IMG/VR virus record: IMGVR_UViG_3300021255_000122
Location: 16,228 to 80,227 of that record
Length of the DNA: 64,000 nt
Direction: 5' to 3' (one strand)
Origin: a virus
Taxonomy: Duplodnaviria; Caudoviricetes
Each line of letters begins with the position of its first letter. Within the stretch, counting starts at the first letter, position 1. Shown one piece after another: positions 36,406 to 45,869 of this stretch. The position numbers and the translations under genes were made by a program. The notes beneath the pieces are model-generated. The model was given only the letters and a program-made list of their open reading frames with translations, had not been told where the DNA came from and did not search any database.

Positions 36406-39400
36406 ATGGAAAACTTAAATAATGTACCAAGTAGCGGAACTTTCGGTGGTTCTATAAACCAAGTCAATCAGAACTTCGGTTTGGTTAAAGTGGCGATAGA
36501 CGGATTAGAAGGCAGGACAATCCGTTCAAAGGGGCTGTTTCCCACACAAGCTGCGTTAGTAGCCGCATATCCATCCCCAATAGTCGGCGATTATGCTTAC
36601 GTCGGTAGCGGACTACCTGCCGAAATCTATGATTGTGTAACCGCTGGTACATGGCATGACACGGGGCAAACTGGAGGTAGCGAGACGATAAACCTTGGCG
36701 ACTATTCAACGACAACACAAATGAACGCTGCCATTGATAGCGGACTACAAGGGCAAGTTGGTTATGCGGTTTGTAGTACCGCTGGTGGAACGGCGAGAAA
36801 AGATGTCGTTGTTAGTGGTTTCAAGTTACTTGCGAATGGCGGTGCATTGCACATAAAGATGACAACGGCCAACACTAACGCAAGTGCAACGATGAACATA
36901 AGTCCAACGTCAACCGTTATAGCAGCAAACACAAAACCGCTTTTCTACAACGGTGCACAAGCAAGTTCCGAAAACACATGGGGCGCAAATGAAATCATTT
37001 CCGTTTATTATGACGGAACTAATTATCAAGCAACGAATAGCCAAGGAGGGGGTGGCAAGGCCGAGAGAATAAAGTATGACAATTCACAAAGTGGGCTTGC
37101 TGCTGAGAATGTTCAGGGGGCTTTGGATGAGTTAGGGCAGAGGGCTGTTATCATTAATAGTGATAATATAATTGGTAATTATACAGATAAGCTCGGCTAT
37201 ATAACTCCAGATTTAAAGTGGCTTTCTAACAACAAAAAGAGGAAACATAGGGCAATCCCAGTTGCAGGTGCAGATTATGTGAAGATTACGGCAAAGAGTG
37301 ACCACAGGTCATCAATAACATTCGCAACATCTAATTATGTGACACCTACTACTTCCAGTTCAGGAAGTAATGTTCCTGTTTGTGCTGGTGCAGAATTATA
37401 TTATATTGATACAGCAGAAACGAAGATATTTCGTATTCCTTCTGATTGTGCTTACGTTCTTGTTAATATCACTTCCGATAATTCCACTTTTCTTACACCG
37501 ACTTCTATATATTTTGGTGTTGATATTAATAAGGTTGTAACAACGAAAATCACTAATAAGATTCCGTTTGCTACCTTTGAGCACCTTGCACTTAGAATAA
37601 CTAATAACCAAGAAATCGCAATTCAATCAAGGAATGTAACTGATTATATAGATATAAGTACCATGTCAAATATAATCTATACTCGCGCACATTCTGATGG
37701 TGCAGGAGGAAATTATGGTATGTTATTCTACGATGAAGATAAAGAGCCTATAGCTGATTCTGGCTACAGGGAGTTTACAAATTATCCTAAAGATGGATAT
37801 TCGATAGAAAAGATTCCTGTTCCTGAAGGCGCTGTATATGCAAGGTTTACCTATTGGAATAATGAAAAATTTGGCAAGTTCTTCGTTGCTGATGGGGATG
37901 CAGATGCAGAGGCGATTGCCTTGTGGAAAAGTATCAATAATTCAAGAATGCTATATGGCTATGAGGCTGGTATATATAGGCAAGCTAATGGAACAGAAGA
38001 TAATGGCCTCCAACTAAATCCTTTGTATGGATTAAGTGTTCCTATTCCTGTATCAAAAGGTGATACTGTATTATGGCACTATGGTGATGTAGAAATTAGG
38101 ACAATGGCAATGGAGATTATTTCTGAAAATAATACTGACCTTGGTTCTTATAAAAACACAGAAGCTAATGAAAGGTTGTTTACTGATTTTTTTCCTTCCT
38201 CTCAGTATAGTAATTTCTTTATAAGAGTAAGTCTACTGATAGCCAATGGCAGCGATAATTATATTGAAGTCAATGGCGAAAGGGTATGGACAGCATTTAA
38301 TGAAAGCCTTGGAAATAAATTCAACAAGATAGATAAGGTGGTGAATCCTTATACGGATTTATCTTTCTACAATAAATCTATTAGCACCACTACGGGCGGT
38401 GAAGCGAAAACAACCAAAAGACTTTCTACGTCATATATTGTACATAGGGGAAGATATATATTAAGCGTAGCTGATGGATACTTAATCCATTCTGTTAATT
38501 ATTATGATGAAAATAAAACATGGTATAAGGGTATCTTTGCCCCAGCGCAGACAGTCATAACGGAACAGCAAGATATTGAAGGTTATATTAAAATAGTTGT
38601 TACTAATCAGGACAATACTACAGATATCGCACTTGATGCCCCTATAAACCTGACTTTTAATACATATTCAGGCGGTAGTTTGGAAGAGTTTGACGATGCT
38701 TTGCGTATAGGTACATTCAATAGTTCTTATAACAATACAGATGTAGAGGCGGTTAGAAATAAATACTGCGGATTAATCAAGGGTAAGAGCAAGATAGAGA
38801 ATTTCCTTTTCTTTACAGACCCACATCTTACGCCAAATAGCAGATATGAGGAAATGACGGAAGCCATCAGAGATAGATTTATATCTACTCTACAAAAATA
38901 CTATAATTCATTACCTATGGATTTCTGTATTTGTGGAGGAGATTGGCTCAACTTTAACCATCCTAATAATACGGACTGTGAATGGTTAGGATATTGTGAT
39001 GCCTATATGCGTAAGTTGTTTAGGAACTATTATCCAGTGTTTGGAAACCACGATAACAATCCATACACTCCGAGTAACACGGAAAGTAACTGGTTGAATG
39101 CTCTAACCTATCCAACGGTTATGAATCTCATGTTCCGCGAGAATGGAAGAACATACTATTCATTTGAGGGATTGAACACCAAATTCTATGTAATGAATAG
39201 CGGTGTCTCATTCATCAAGGGGATGACAAATAGCACATATTCAAGACTTGTCAGTAACCGATGGGCACAGATTGAATGGTTAGGCAATGCTCTTCTTCAA
39301 GATGATGCAGATAATAGTGTAATTGTAATGCACATTTATTCCAACGCATCTAATCCTGTGAACTGGTTCTCAGAAGAAACAGGATATAGAGCATACGGAA

Positions 39401-39924
39401 TCCACGATTTAGGTAAGAATGTGAAATTGTTAGTGACTGCCTACAATAACAGGCAATCAATAACACTAAATGGCATTACATATAACTTTGCGAATTGCAA
39501 TGGAAGGGTGATGTTTATTCATTGCGGACATACACACTTTGATTATGTAGACACAACAGGGGAAATTCCAATTATTAGTACAACAAACTTAGAAGGTGGA
39601 CACTTGGTAAATGGAGAAGTTGTGTATGACCTTGTACCAACCTTTGATTGTTGTATGAACGATTTGGACAACTCCGCTTTGTATATGACAAGAGTCGGTG
39701 CTGGAGTAAGCAGAATAGTTAATTACAGTCACAAGGCTGTTTCTGTTGGTGGAAGCATTTCTCTTACTTGTAAATTGAGCGGCACTATAACATGGCAGAC
39801 AAGAAACAGCAATATTGCCACTGTATCTAATGGGACTGTGGCTGGTGTTGCTTCTGGTTGTGTGGGCATTATTGCCACCAATGAAAACGGTGAGGAAGAA
39901 TATTCGATTGTTAAAGTTGGGTGA
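36406..39924 (+). CDS. Tail fibre / receptor-binding protein with C-terminal metallophosphoesterase and Ig-like domains
   Basis: FTDPH, GGDW, FGNHD, MH, GHTH motifs; TWQTRNSNIATVSNGTVAG Big_2-like end. Confidence 0.75.
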   Translation: MENLNNVPSSGTFGGSINQVNQNFGLVKVAIDGLEGRTIRSKGLFPTQAALVAAYPSPIVGDYAYVGSGLPAEIYDCVTAGTWHDTGQTGGSETINLGDYSTTTQMNAAIDSGLQGQVGYAVCSTAGGTARKDVVVSGFKLLANGGALHIKMTTANTNASATMNISPTSTVIAANTKPLFYNGAQASSENTWGANEIISVYYDGTNYQATNSQGGGGKAERIKYDNSQSGLAAENVQGALDELGQRAVIINSDNIIGNYTDKLGYITPDLKWLSNNKKRKHRAIPVAGADYVKITAKSDHRSSITFATSNYVTPTTSSSGSNVPVCAGAELYYIDTAETKIFRIPSDCAYVLVNITSDNSTFLTPTSIYFGVDINKVVTTKITNKIPFATFEHLALRITNNQEIAIQSRNVTDYIDISTMSNIIYTRAHSDGAGGNYGMLFYDEDKEPIADSGYREFTNYPKDGYSIEKIPVPEGAVYARFTYWNNEKFGKFFVADGDADAEAIALWKSINNSRMLYGYEAGIYRQANGTEDNGLQLNPLYGLSVPIPVSKGDTVLWHYGDVEIRTMAMEIISENNTDLGSYKNTEANERLFTDFFPSSQYSNFFIRVSLLIANGSDNYIEVNGERVWTAFNESLGNKFNKIDKVVNPYTDLSFYNKSISTTTGGEAKTTKRLSTSYIVHRGRYILSVADGYLIHSVNYYDENKTWYKGIFAPAQTVITEQQDIEGYIKIVVTNQDNTTDIALDAPINLTFNTYSGGSLEEFDDALRIGTFNSSYNNTDVEAVRNKYCGLIKGKSKIENFLFFTDPHLTPNSRYEEMTEAIRDRFISTLQKYYNSLPMDFCICGGDWLNFNHPNNTDCEWLGYCDAYMRKLFRNYYPVFGNHDNNPYTPSNTESNWLNALTYPTVMNLMFRENGRTYYSFEGLNTKFYVMNSGVSFIKGMTNSTYSRLVSNRWAQIEWLGNALLQDDADNSVIVMHIYSNASNPVNWFSEETGYRAYGIHDLGKNVKLLVTAYNNRQSITLNGITYNFANCNGRVMFIHCGHTHFDYVDTTGEIPIISTTNLEGGHLVNGEVVYDLVPTFDCCMNDLDNSALYMTRVGAGVSRIVNYSHKAVSVGGSISLTCKLSGTITWQTRNSNIATVSNGTVAGVASGCVGIIATNENGEEEYSIVKVG

Positions 39925-40005
39925 AAATAATGGACAACAGAATATTGACATTAATGATATGTGGCGGCATCATGCTGCTGATGTAAAAAAACAATTCTTT
40001 ATCGC

Positions 40006-40043
40006 AAAAAGCCTTTGTAACTTAATGATTACAAAGGTTTTTT
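40006..40043 (+). terminator. Intrinsic terminator of the late operon
   Basis: AAAAGCCTTTGTAA / TTACAAAGGTTTTT stem followed by a T run. Confidence 0.7.
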
Positions 40044-40095
40044 CTTTTTGTAATGGACTTAAAAAAGTCCAACATTGTTCTTTCTTGTTTTGGGA

Positions 40096-40103
40096 TATCT
40101 TTG
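40096..40103 (+). promoter_or_regulatory. -7 element (TATCTTTG) for the unknown-function module
   Basis: TAnnTTTG match. Confidence 0.65.
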
Positions 40104-40164
40104 CACCGTAATCGGTTACACAACGTGAACTTAAATTCAATAACAACAAAACAAGAAAAAAATT

Positions 40165-41145
40165 ATGGCAGCAGAAATTTATCAACTTCCAGAAGGAAAC
40201 GGCAATGGTGGCAATGCAACCATTCCTTTCTCTATTCCTATTGGCTTTGGCGGTTATGGGAACGGCGGTATGTTCGGAAACGGCAACGGCTTTAATTCAA
40301 TCGCAGACCTTTTCGGCTTGGCAATTATCGCTTCAATGTTCGGTTGGGGCGGCAATGGCTTTGGCGGCGGTTTCGGCGGTTGGGGCGGCAACGGTGGCGC
40401 AGGTTTCATCAGCAATCAGTTGAACAACGATAGCGGACGTGAACTTTTGATGAATGCCATCACGAACCAAGGCGAAGCATCGAGAACCGCAATACAGACA
40501 CTTAGCACGATGCTCGGACAGGACTTCAATCTTGTCAACGCGGGCATCCAGTCGGCGCAAAACACCCTTAACCAAATTGCCAACGCACAAGGAATGTCAA
40601 CCTTGCAGATGATTAACGCCGTACAATCGGGCGACGCGAACCTTGCAAGCACAATCCAAAAGTGTTGCTGCGACCAATCACTTGCAACTTGCCAGCAAAC
40701 GAACACTTTACAGAATGCGATTAATGGCGTAAACCAAAGCGTTCTTAACAAAGCGGCTTCAGACCAACTTGCAATGTGTCAGCAGACCTATGCTTTGACC
40801 GATACAATGAACCGCAACTATCTTGCTCTTGACAACAAGATTGACGCGCTTGAATCAAGTCGTAAAGACCGTGAAATCACAAGCCTTACCGCTCAAGTGG
40901 CTAAGTTGGAATCGCAGAACTTCACGGCTGGTATCGTTCAGCAAGCCGTTGCACCACTTAACGCTCAATTGAACAATCTTGCAAACGAGGTGGACGATAT
41001 TAAGTGCAAACTTCCCGAAACTGTAAACGTTCAGTGGCCTAATCTTGTGGCCGTCAATGCAAGCCCCTACGTTAGTGGTGGTTTCTACGGACAGCCTTGG
41101 GGTGGTTTCTATGGCAATGGGTTTGGTAACAACATAACGTTCTAA
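40165..41145 (+). CDS. Gly-rich, Gln/Asn coiled-coil protein with CCCD motif
   Basis: GFGG repeats flanking a hydrophobic segment; abundant-protein-like codon bias. Confidence 0.85.
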   Translation: MAAEIYQLPEGNGNGGNATIPFSIPIGFGGYGNGGMFGNGNGFNSIADLFGLAIIASMFGWGGNGFGGGFGGWGGNGGAGFISNQLNNDSGRELLMNAITNQGEASRTAIQTLSTMLGQDFNLVNAGIQSAQNTLNQIANAQGMSTLQMINAVQSGDANLASTIQKCCCDQSLATCQQTNTLQNAINGVNQSVLNKAASDQLAMCQQTYALTDTMNRNYLALDNKIDALESSRKDREITSLTAQVAKLESQNFTAGIVQQAVAPLNAQLNNLANEVDDIKCKLPETVNVQWPNLVAVNASPYVSGGFYGQPWGGFYGNGFGNNITF

Positions 41146-41171
41146 CAATTAGCGGATAGGAGGTAAAAAGC

Positions 41172-41507
41172 ATGAGTTGTTTTGGTAATATTACGACAAA
41201 CGCAGGAGGTATTCCGCTTTTGATTTCAACAACTACAACCGTAGGAACGGAAAGCATTGACATTGCTTTGGGTTTCCGTCGTATTCAGCCGTTAGGATAT
41301 TTCACCGTTCGTATTTCGGATGTTATTCCCACGGATGCAACCACAACGTTACCCGTGACTTTGACTTTGAACGGCACAACACGCGCCCTTACGTTACCTA
41401 ACGGCACACCCGTAACCGCAGCCGAATTGCTTTCGACGAACGTTATCTTGGTGTTCAACGATAGGTTTAATGGCACGCTTGCGCTAATGTCAAGAACGGT
41501 ATTGTAG
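41172..41507 (+). CDS. Small beta-rich hypothetical protein
   Basis: Thr/Val-rich ORF in the module. Confidence 0.75.
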   Translation: MSCFGNITTNAGGIPLLISTTTTVGTESIDIALGFRRIQPLGYFTVRISDVIPTDATTTLPVTLTLNGTTRALTLPNGTPVTAAELLSTNVILVFNDRFNGTLALMSRTVL

Positions 41508-41543
41508 TTTTTAGTGTTTAACAACAAAAAGTAAATAACAATT

Positions 41544-42065
41544 ATGGATTTTTCAAGTTTAGGTAACGGTAATCCGTTTTACATTCTTCGTCAAGGAGAA
41601 AAGCCGGTATTAGAGGTTGGAACGGTTAAGGCAAAGACACAACCACACGTAAAGTTTCCCACCCAAACGCCTAATCTAATGGCAGGTTTGCAAACGCAAC
41701 AAGTTATTGATATAACCGCTACGATTAACGGAAAGGATGAAACATTTAACGACATTCCCGTAGGTGTGGAAATCGCCCAAAAAGGTAATAGCACGTTTAG
41801 TGGTAGCCGTGAGGCAATGTTACAAGCGGTGGATAATATGTTGCAAACGTCTAAAAAGGCTTTGGAACAAATTCCATTGCACAAAAATGTAATTGCCGAA
41901 TCGGAAAAAATGCTTGAAGTCTTGAATCCACGTTATGCGGAGGAAAAGAAACAGGCACGCACTATTACAGACCTTGAACGTCGACAGTCAGAGACCGACA
42001 AGAAACTTGACACAATCCTTGGAATCTTGAAGAAGTTGGATTCTCCTTCGCCGAACAATGTTTAA
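41544..42065 (+). CDS. Hypothetical protein (beta N-terminus, coiled-coil C-terminus)
   Basis: Clean ORF. Confidence 0.8.
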   Translation: MDFSSLGNGNPFYILRQGEKPVLEVGTVKAKTQPHVKFPTQTPNLMAGLQTQQVIDITATINGKDETFNDIPVGVEIAQKGNSTFSGSREAMLQAVDNMLQTSKKALEQIPLHKNVIAESEKMLEVLNPRYAEEKKQARTITDLERRQSETDKKLDTILGILKKLDSPSPNNV

Positions 42066-42086
42066 TCCATATAAAAACGAAAGAAT

Positions 42087-42323
42087 ATGAGTTACGTAAT
42101 AATTAATCGGGATGAAGACGACATGATGGGCTTACGTTCACAAATGCGTAGGAACTATCATGGTGGTGAATATCGCAACTATGGCGGTTCAAGTGCTATG
42201 ATGCGCAATGACGGTAGTATGCGTGACCACTATTACAAGATGGGTTATCGGCACGCTATGGAAGATATGGAAGATGATGAACAGTATCGCCGCCAGCGTG
42301 ATAGCCGTGGCCGTTACGTCTAA
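42087..42323 (+). CDS. Small Arg/Asp/Met-rich protein
   Basis: Ends RRQRDSRGRYV; hairpin at about 42333-42358 follows. Confidence 0.75.
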   Translation: MSYVIINRDEDDMMGLRSQMRRNYHGGEYRNYGGSSAMMRNDGSMRDHYYKMGYRHAMEDMEDDEQYRRQRDSRGRYV

Positions 42324-42394
42324 AAAATTATAGGGGGAGGGTGTTTCGCCCTTTCCCTTTTTTCAATAACAATAAAATAAAAAGGAAAGGAACA

Positions 42395-42802
42395 ATGATG
42401 GAATATTACGTTTATAAAAGTGAGGAAGAAGAAATATACAATAGCAAATACCATTGTCATTTCAACAAAAGACTTGCGGAATGGGCAATAGAAAACATGC
42501 GCAAGGAAAACCCCACGAACGGAATGCTTGAACCAATCAAGAAAAAAACAATTGAGGAATTTGACGAGTTCTTGAAAGAAAACAAATTAAGCATTCAAGA
42601 TGAATCGTATTACGATGCCTACTATCTTTTGCACATGACTTTTGCCGATTATGCAAAATCCTTAGAGGATGATAAGCATCGTGCGGCATATATTGAGGAA
42701 ACCATTTGCGACCCCGATTGTGAACCCACAGCCGTTCTTGCTTGTTTCAAGGCAAAAATGGATTTGATGGGTAAGCCTATCTTTTGGGAGAAATTTTTCT
42801 AA
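42395..42802 (+). CDS. Hypothetical helical protein
   Basis: HFNKRLAEWAIENM...ICDPD. Confidence 0.75.
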   Translation: MMEYYVYKSEEEEIYNSKYHCHFNKRLAEWAIENMRKENPTNGMLEPIKKKTIEEFDEFLKENKLSIQDESYYDAYYLLHMTFADYAKSLEDDKHRAAYIEETICDPDCEPTAVLACFKAKMDLMGKPIFWEKFF

Positions 42803-42813
42803 TATCATGGCCT

Positions 42814-43200
42814 ATGGAAACAACGTATATTGACGTAGATAACAAGTGGGGTATAGTTGTCGTATATGATTACGATGTTGATTACGAAGCAAATGACCTT
42901 TTGGCTATCATGCGTAGTTTTGGTATGACAAGAAAAAACGCCAATCGTGCGCTAAACATTTTGTCTAACTACAACACGGGTATGTCCATTTCGAACGACG
43001 ATTTGCGTATGAGTGCCATCTTCATAAGCAAGGCAACAAACAATAGCGAGTTTTGGTCAACGGCGATACACGAACTAAAACATACCGCTGATGCAATTAT
43101 AACGTATTACGGTGTGGATTGGGACGGAGAAGATGCTGCATACCTTACTGGCTATCTCACAAAAGAAATGGTGGAAGAAATTGGAGAACCATGTTATTAA
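42814..43200 (+). CDS. Putative zincin-like metalloprotein
   Basis: AIHELKH (HExxH) plus downstream EDAAY. Confidence 0.6.
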   Translation: METTYIDVDNKWGIVVVYDYDVDYEANDLLAIMRSFGMTRKNANRALNILSNYNTGMSISNDDLRMSAIFISKATNNSEFWSTAIHELKHTADAIITYYGVDWDGEDAAYLTGYLTKEMVEEIGEPCY

Positions 43201-43220
43201 TCACATAAACAAACAAAAAA

Positions 43221-43592
43221 ATGGAAAAAGAAAAATTAATGGTCGAATACAAGGTTACGCTTGAAAGCCTTGTCGAGAAAACAAAGTTCGTTTATAGCGA
43301 GGAATTTTACAAGTTAGACGAATTTGAAAAACAAAAGTTCACTAAAGACAAGATGGCAACCGAGGGGCATTTAAGCACTTTGTGTAACTTGCTTTGGGGT
43401 GAAAAGGTGCAATTTGGTGGTGGCGTTACCGATATGTTTGCACTTGGTATTATAAGTTCTATGTTTGGGTATAATGGGCTTTGGGGTGGCAACACGTCAA
43501 GTACCGACTACCTAAAGAAAGCACTTGATGATGAAAAGGAAAAGCAAGATGAGGTTTACGTAGTGCCAACGAACGAAAATAAAGCCGTGTAA
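43221..43592 (+). CDS. Hypothetical protein
   Basis: Clean ORF, last rightward gene. Confidence 0.7.
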   Translation: MEKEKLMVEYKVTLESLVEKTKFVYSEEFYKLDEFEKQKFTKDKMATEGHLSTLCNLLWGEKVQFGGGVTDMFALGIISSMFGYNGLWGGNTSSTDYLKKALDDEKEKQDEVYVVPTNENKAV

Positions 43593-43677
43593 GCGCGTTT
43601 TATTTCTTTTGTGGTAACTTGTACGTTAGGGTACATAAAAAGCCGTTACAACGCACGAAAATAGCGTTAGCGGCTTT
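43581..43677. repeat. Imperfect palindromic element, copy C (convergent junction)
   Basis: AAAGCCG/CGGCTTT arms; AACGCACGAAAA shared with copy A. Confidence 0.5.
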
Positions 43678-43682
43678 TAATA

Positions 43683-43889
43683 TTATTCTATTCCTTTTTG
43701 CTTTTTGATGAAATGCCACAAATACCCCATTTCTTGCGTGTATTTTGTGCCATCAAACAAAGGATAGTTTATGTCTTTGCCAAACTTTGCCATAAGGTGA
43801 ATCGCTTTGATAAATCCCTCGTAGGAATCTATTTTCTTTTGCATCTTGGCGATTTCCTTAATTTCATTGTTGTTTAATTTTGTTTCCAT
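43683..43889 (-). CDS. Hypothetical protein
   Basis: Clean ORF. Confidence 0.65.
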   Translation of the reverse strand: METKLNNNEIKEIAKMQKKIDSYEGFIKAIHLMAKFGKDINYPLFDGTKYTQEMGYLWHFIKKQKGIE

Positions 43890-43897
43890 AATTGTTG

Positions 43898-44086
43898 TTA
43901 TTCGCTAATTAAACCTTGTTCGTCAAGAAATTCTTGCAAATCCATATCCAACGTATTTTGCAAATGGATTTTTACTTCTTGTGCCTCGCCACAAGTTAGA
44001 TTTGCAAATTCTTTCATCATACATTCCGATGCAATAAAATTGTGCGCAAAGTCTGTACAAAACTTTCGTATATCTTTTCTTTCCAT
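43898..44086 (-). CDS. Hypothetical protein
   Basis: Clean ORF. Confidence 0.6.
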   Translation of the reverse strand: MERKDIRKFCTDFAHNFIASECMMKEFANLTCGEAQEVKIHLQNTLDMDLQEFLDEQGLISE

Positions 44087-44091
44087 AATAA

Positions 44092-44712
44092 TTAAAGTTT
44101 AGACGGTTGCGGATAAAACCGATTTTCGTTTTCTGCCCATTGGTACACTTGATGACAATGTGGGCATATAGAATCAATACCTGCATACGCATCAAACTCT
44201 TTGTTGCAATTAACGCATAGGGCATTAAACTTTGGGTGTACCGTTATGAAATGTTTTTGGAACGTGTCGCCACTATCAAGCGCACCTTGTTCGTACATCG
44301 TCTTGATAAGCGAAAGAATATCCTTTACGCTTGCATCATCAAGTTCTTGCGAACGATTGTGCAATAGGTTTGCCAATAGTTGTTGTACCTCCGACCCCGT
44401 GAACTTGTAGTTTTCCAACGTACTTGCGCTTGCTTGAACGTCTTGTTGGTAACTTTCTTTTAGCAAGTCAAATAAGTGTTGGCATTCTTGTTGTTGCAAC
44501 ATTACGTCAGCATCGCGGTTAATCTTTGCAAGGTATTCGCTTTCATCTTCACTACTTGTTTCACGCAAGAACTTTTCCCTATCGTATATCATTCCATACG
44601 CAACCGCTTTTTCCTCGCCCAATACAACTTGTGCGACAAATAAATATTGGTTGATGTCAAACGTTACGCCGCGTGTAAACAACACGTTTTTTGTATCAAG
44701 ATAGTTTAGCAT
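44092..44712 (-). CDS. Conserved-looking phage protein with C-terminal Zn ribbon
   Basis: CVNC and CPHC pairs. Confidence 0.75.
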   Translation of the reverse strand: MLNYLDTKNVLFTRGVTFDINQYLFVAQVVLGEEKAVAYGMIYDREKFLRETSSEDESEYLAKINRDADVMLQQQECQHLFDLLKESYQQDVQASASTLENYKFTGSEVQQLLANLLHNRSQELDDASVKDILSLIKTMYEQGALDSGDTFQKHFITVHPKFNALCVNCNKEFDAYAGIDSICPHCHQVYQWAENENRFYPQPSKL

Positions 44713-44900
44713 AGTTCTCTTGCGTCTATTATTTCTCCAGTTTCAATCACATATCCTTGTACGCCGCATCGCGGACATTCAAGGTCTTTAAGTAGTGTTG
44801 CCATAGGTCTTACGGCAATCCACCGCTTTAGACACCCAAGGCAAACGACCTCAGATGTCTTGTGCGGAATGTTTTCTTCTATGTAGTGTATCTCACTCAT
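44706..44900 (-). CDS. Small Zn-ribbon protein
   Basis: CLGC and CPRC. Confidence 0.65.
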   Translation of the reverse strand: MSEIHYIEENIPHKTSEVVCLGCLKRWIAVRPMATLLKDLECPRCGVQGYVIETGEIIDARELC

Positions 44901-45138
44901 TGGTAGTAAACAATTCTTGTTTATCAACAGTCAAAAGTGTTGGCTGTAAAGGCTTGTTAAAAGTAAGCATCGAGTGCCATACTTTTCTTGTAAACACTAA
45001 CTTGATTACCTCCTTCCAAGATAATTCCCAACAAGTTACCACAGTGCCATCATCAAATTTTAGTGCAGGCAATGGCATGTACTCTGGTTGGTCTTTTCCG
45101 TAGACCACGTTCTGTTCTTTAAATTCTATTGGTTTCAT
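44893..45138 (-). CDS. Hypothetical phage protein
   Basis: KPIEFKEQNVVYGKDQPEYMPLPA-type ORF. Confidence 0.75.
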   Translation of the reverse strand: MKPIEFKEQNVVYGKDQPEYMPLPALKFDDGTVVTCWELSWKEVIKLVFTRKVWHSMLTFNKPLQPTLLTVDKQELFTTNE

Positions 45139-45359
45139 ATCTCATCATCCCACAAAATATAATCTTTGTATTTTATTTCCATAGTGCAACATTCATTCTT
45201 GCAAGCAAGACACAAGACTTTGTCGCCATCTGAATTTGAGCCAACATAGTTGTCATCAGCCCACATAGTTTCACCACAAATAGGACATTTTATGTCTTTA
45301 TTGTAAAAATGATGGTGGTGTCTTGTTATAAACTCAATTAACTTCGTGAAAGGTCTCAT
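45135..45359 (-). CDS. Small Zn-ribbon protein
   Basis: CPIC and CLAC. Confidence 0.6.
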   Translation of the reverse strand: MRPFTKLIEFITRHHHHFYNKDIKCPICGETMWADDNYVGSNSDGDKVLCLACKNECCTMEIKYKDYILWDDEI

Positions 45360-45362
45360 ATC

Positions 45363-45857
45363 TTACAAGTTTTTACGTCGTGCATACTCTGCGATGAGGA
45401 GTCCATCAAAGTCTGTATGGTTAAAGTCTGCAAGCTGGGGAAATAATCGTTTTCCAATATCCTTACTTGCTTTCTTTTGTTCGTCAGTTCCCTTAATACC
45501 TTTTGGCAACAACATTCTCTGCCACTCCTTGCTGTCAACATAGCAATAAGGAAAGCCGAAATGCTCAATAAGGGTTAGTTCCGCTTCAAAGCAACGCAAT
45601 GCCGATGTTGTAGCCTTAAACCTTGTCGGATTAACCATTGGACGTTCCATTACTACCATCGTGTTTAATGGGTCAAACTGCTTTAGAATATCGGCCAAAC
45701 CATTAGCATCAACGCGCGTGATGTTATCTTTCTTCTTGGTGTAGTTTTGCTCTTTCTTTACAGGCGTGTGGAAAATCTTTGGTTCTAATCCCTCACCAAC
45801 GATTCCAATAGTGCCAGTCACGCCGTTATCCACACCGATGTATGTTTTTTGTGCCAT
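45363..45857 (-). CDS. RuvC-like Holliday junction resolvase
   Basis: YIGVDNG, VVMERP, DFDGLLIAEY acidic triad. Confidence 0.8.
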   Translation of the reverse strand: MAQKTYIGVDNGVTGTIGIVGEGLEPKIFHTPVKKEQNYTKKKDNITRVDANGLADILKQFDPLNTMVVMERPMVNPTRFKATTSALRCFEAELTLIEHFGFPYCYVDSKEWQRMLLPKGIKGTDEQKKASKDIGKRLFPQLADFNHTDFDGLLIAEYARRKNL

Positions 45858-45869
45858 ATTATTGCGTCG

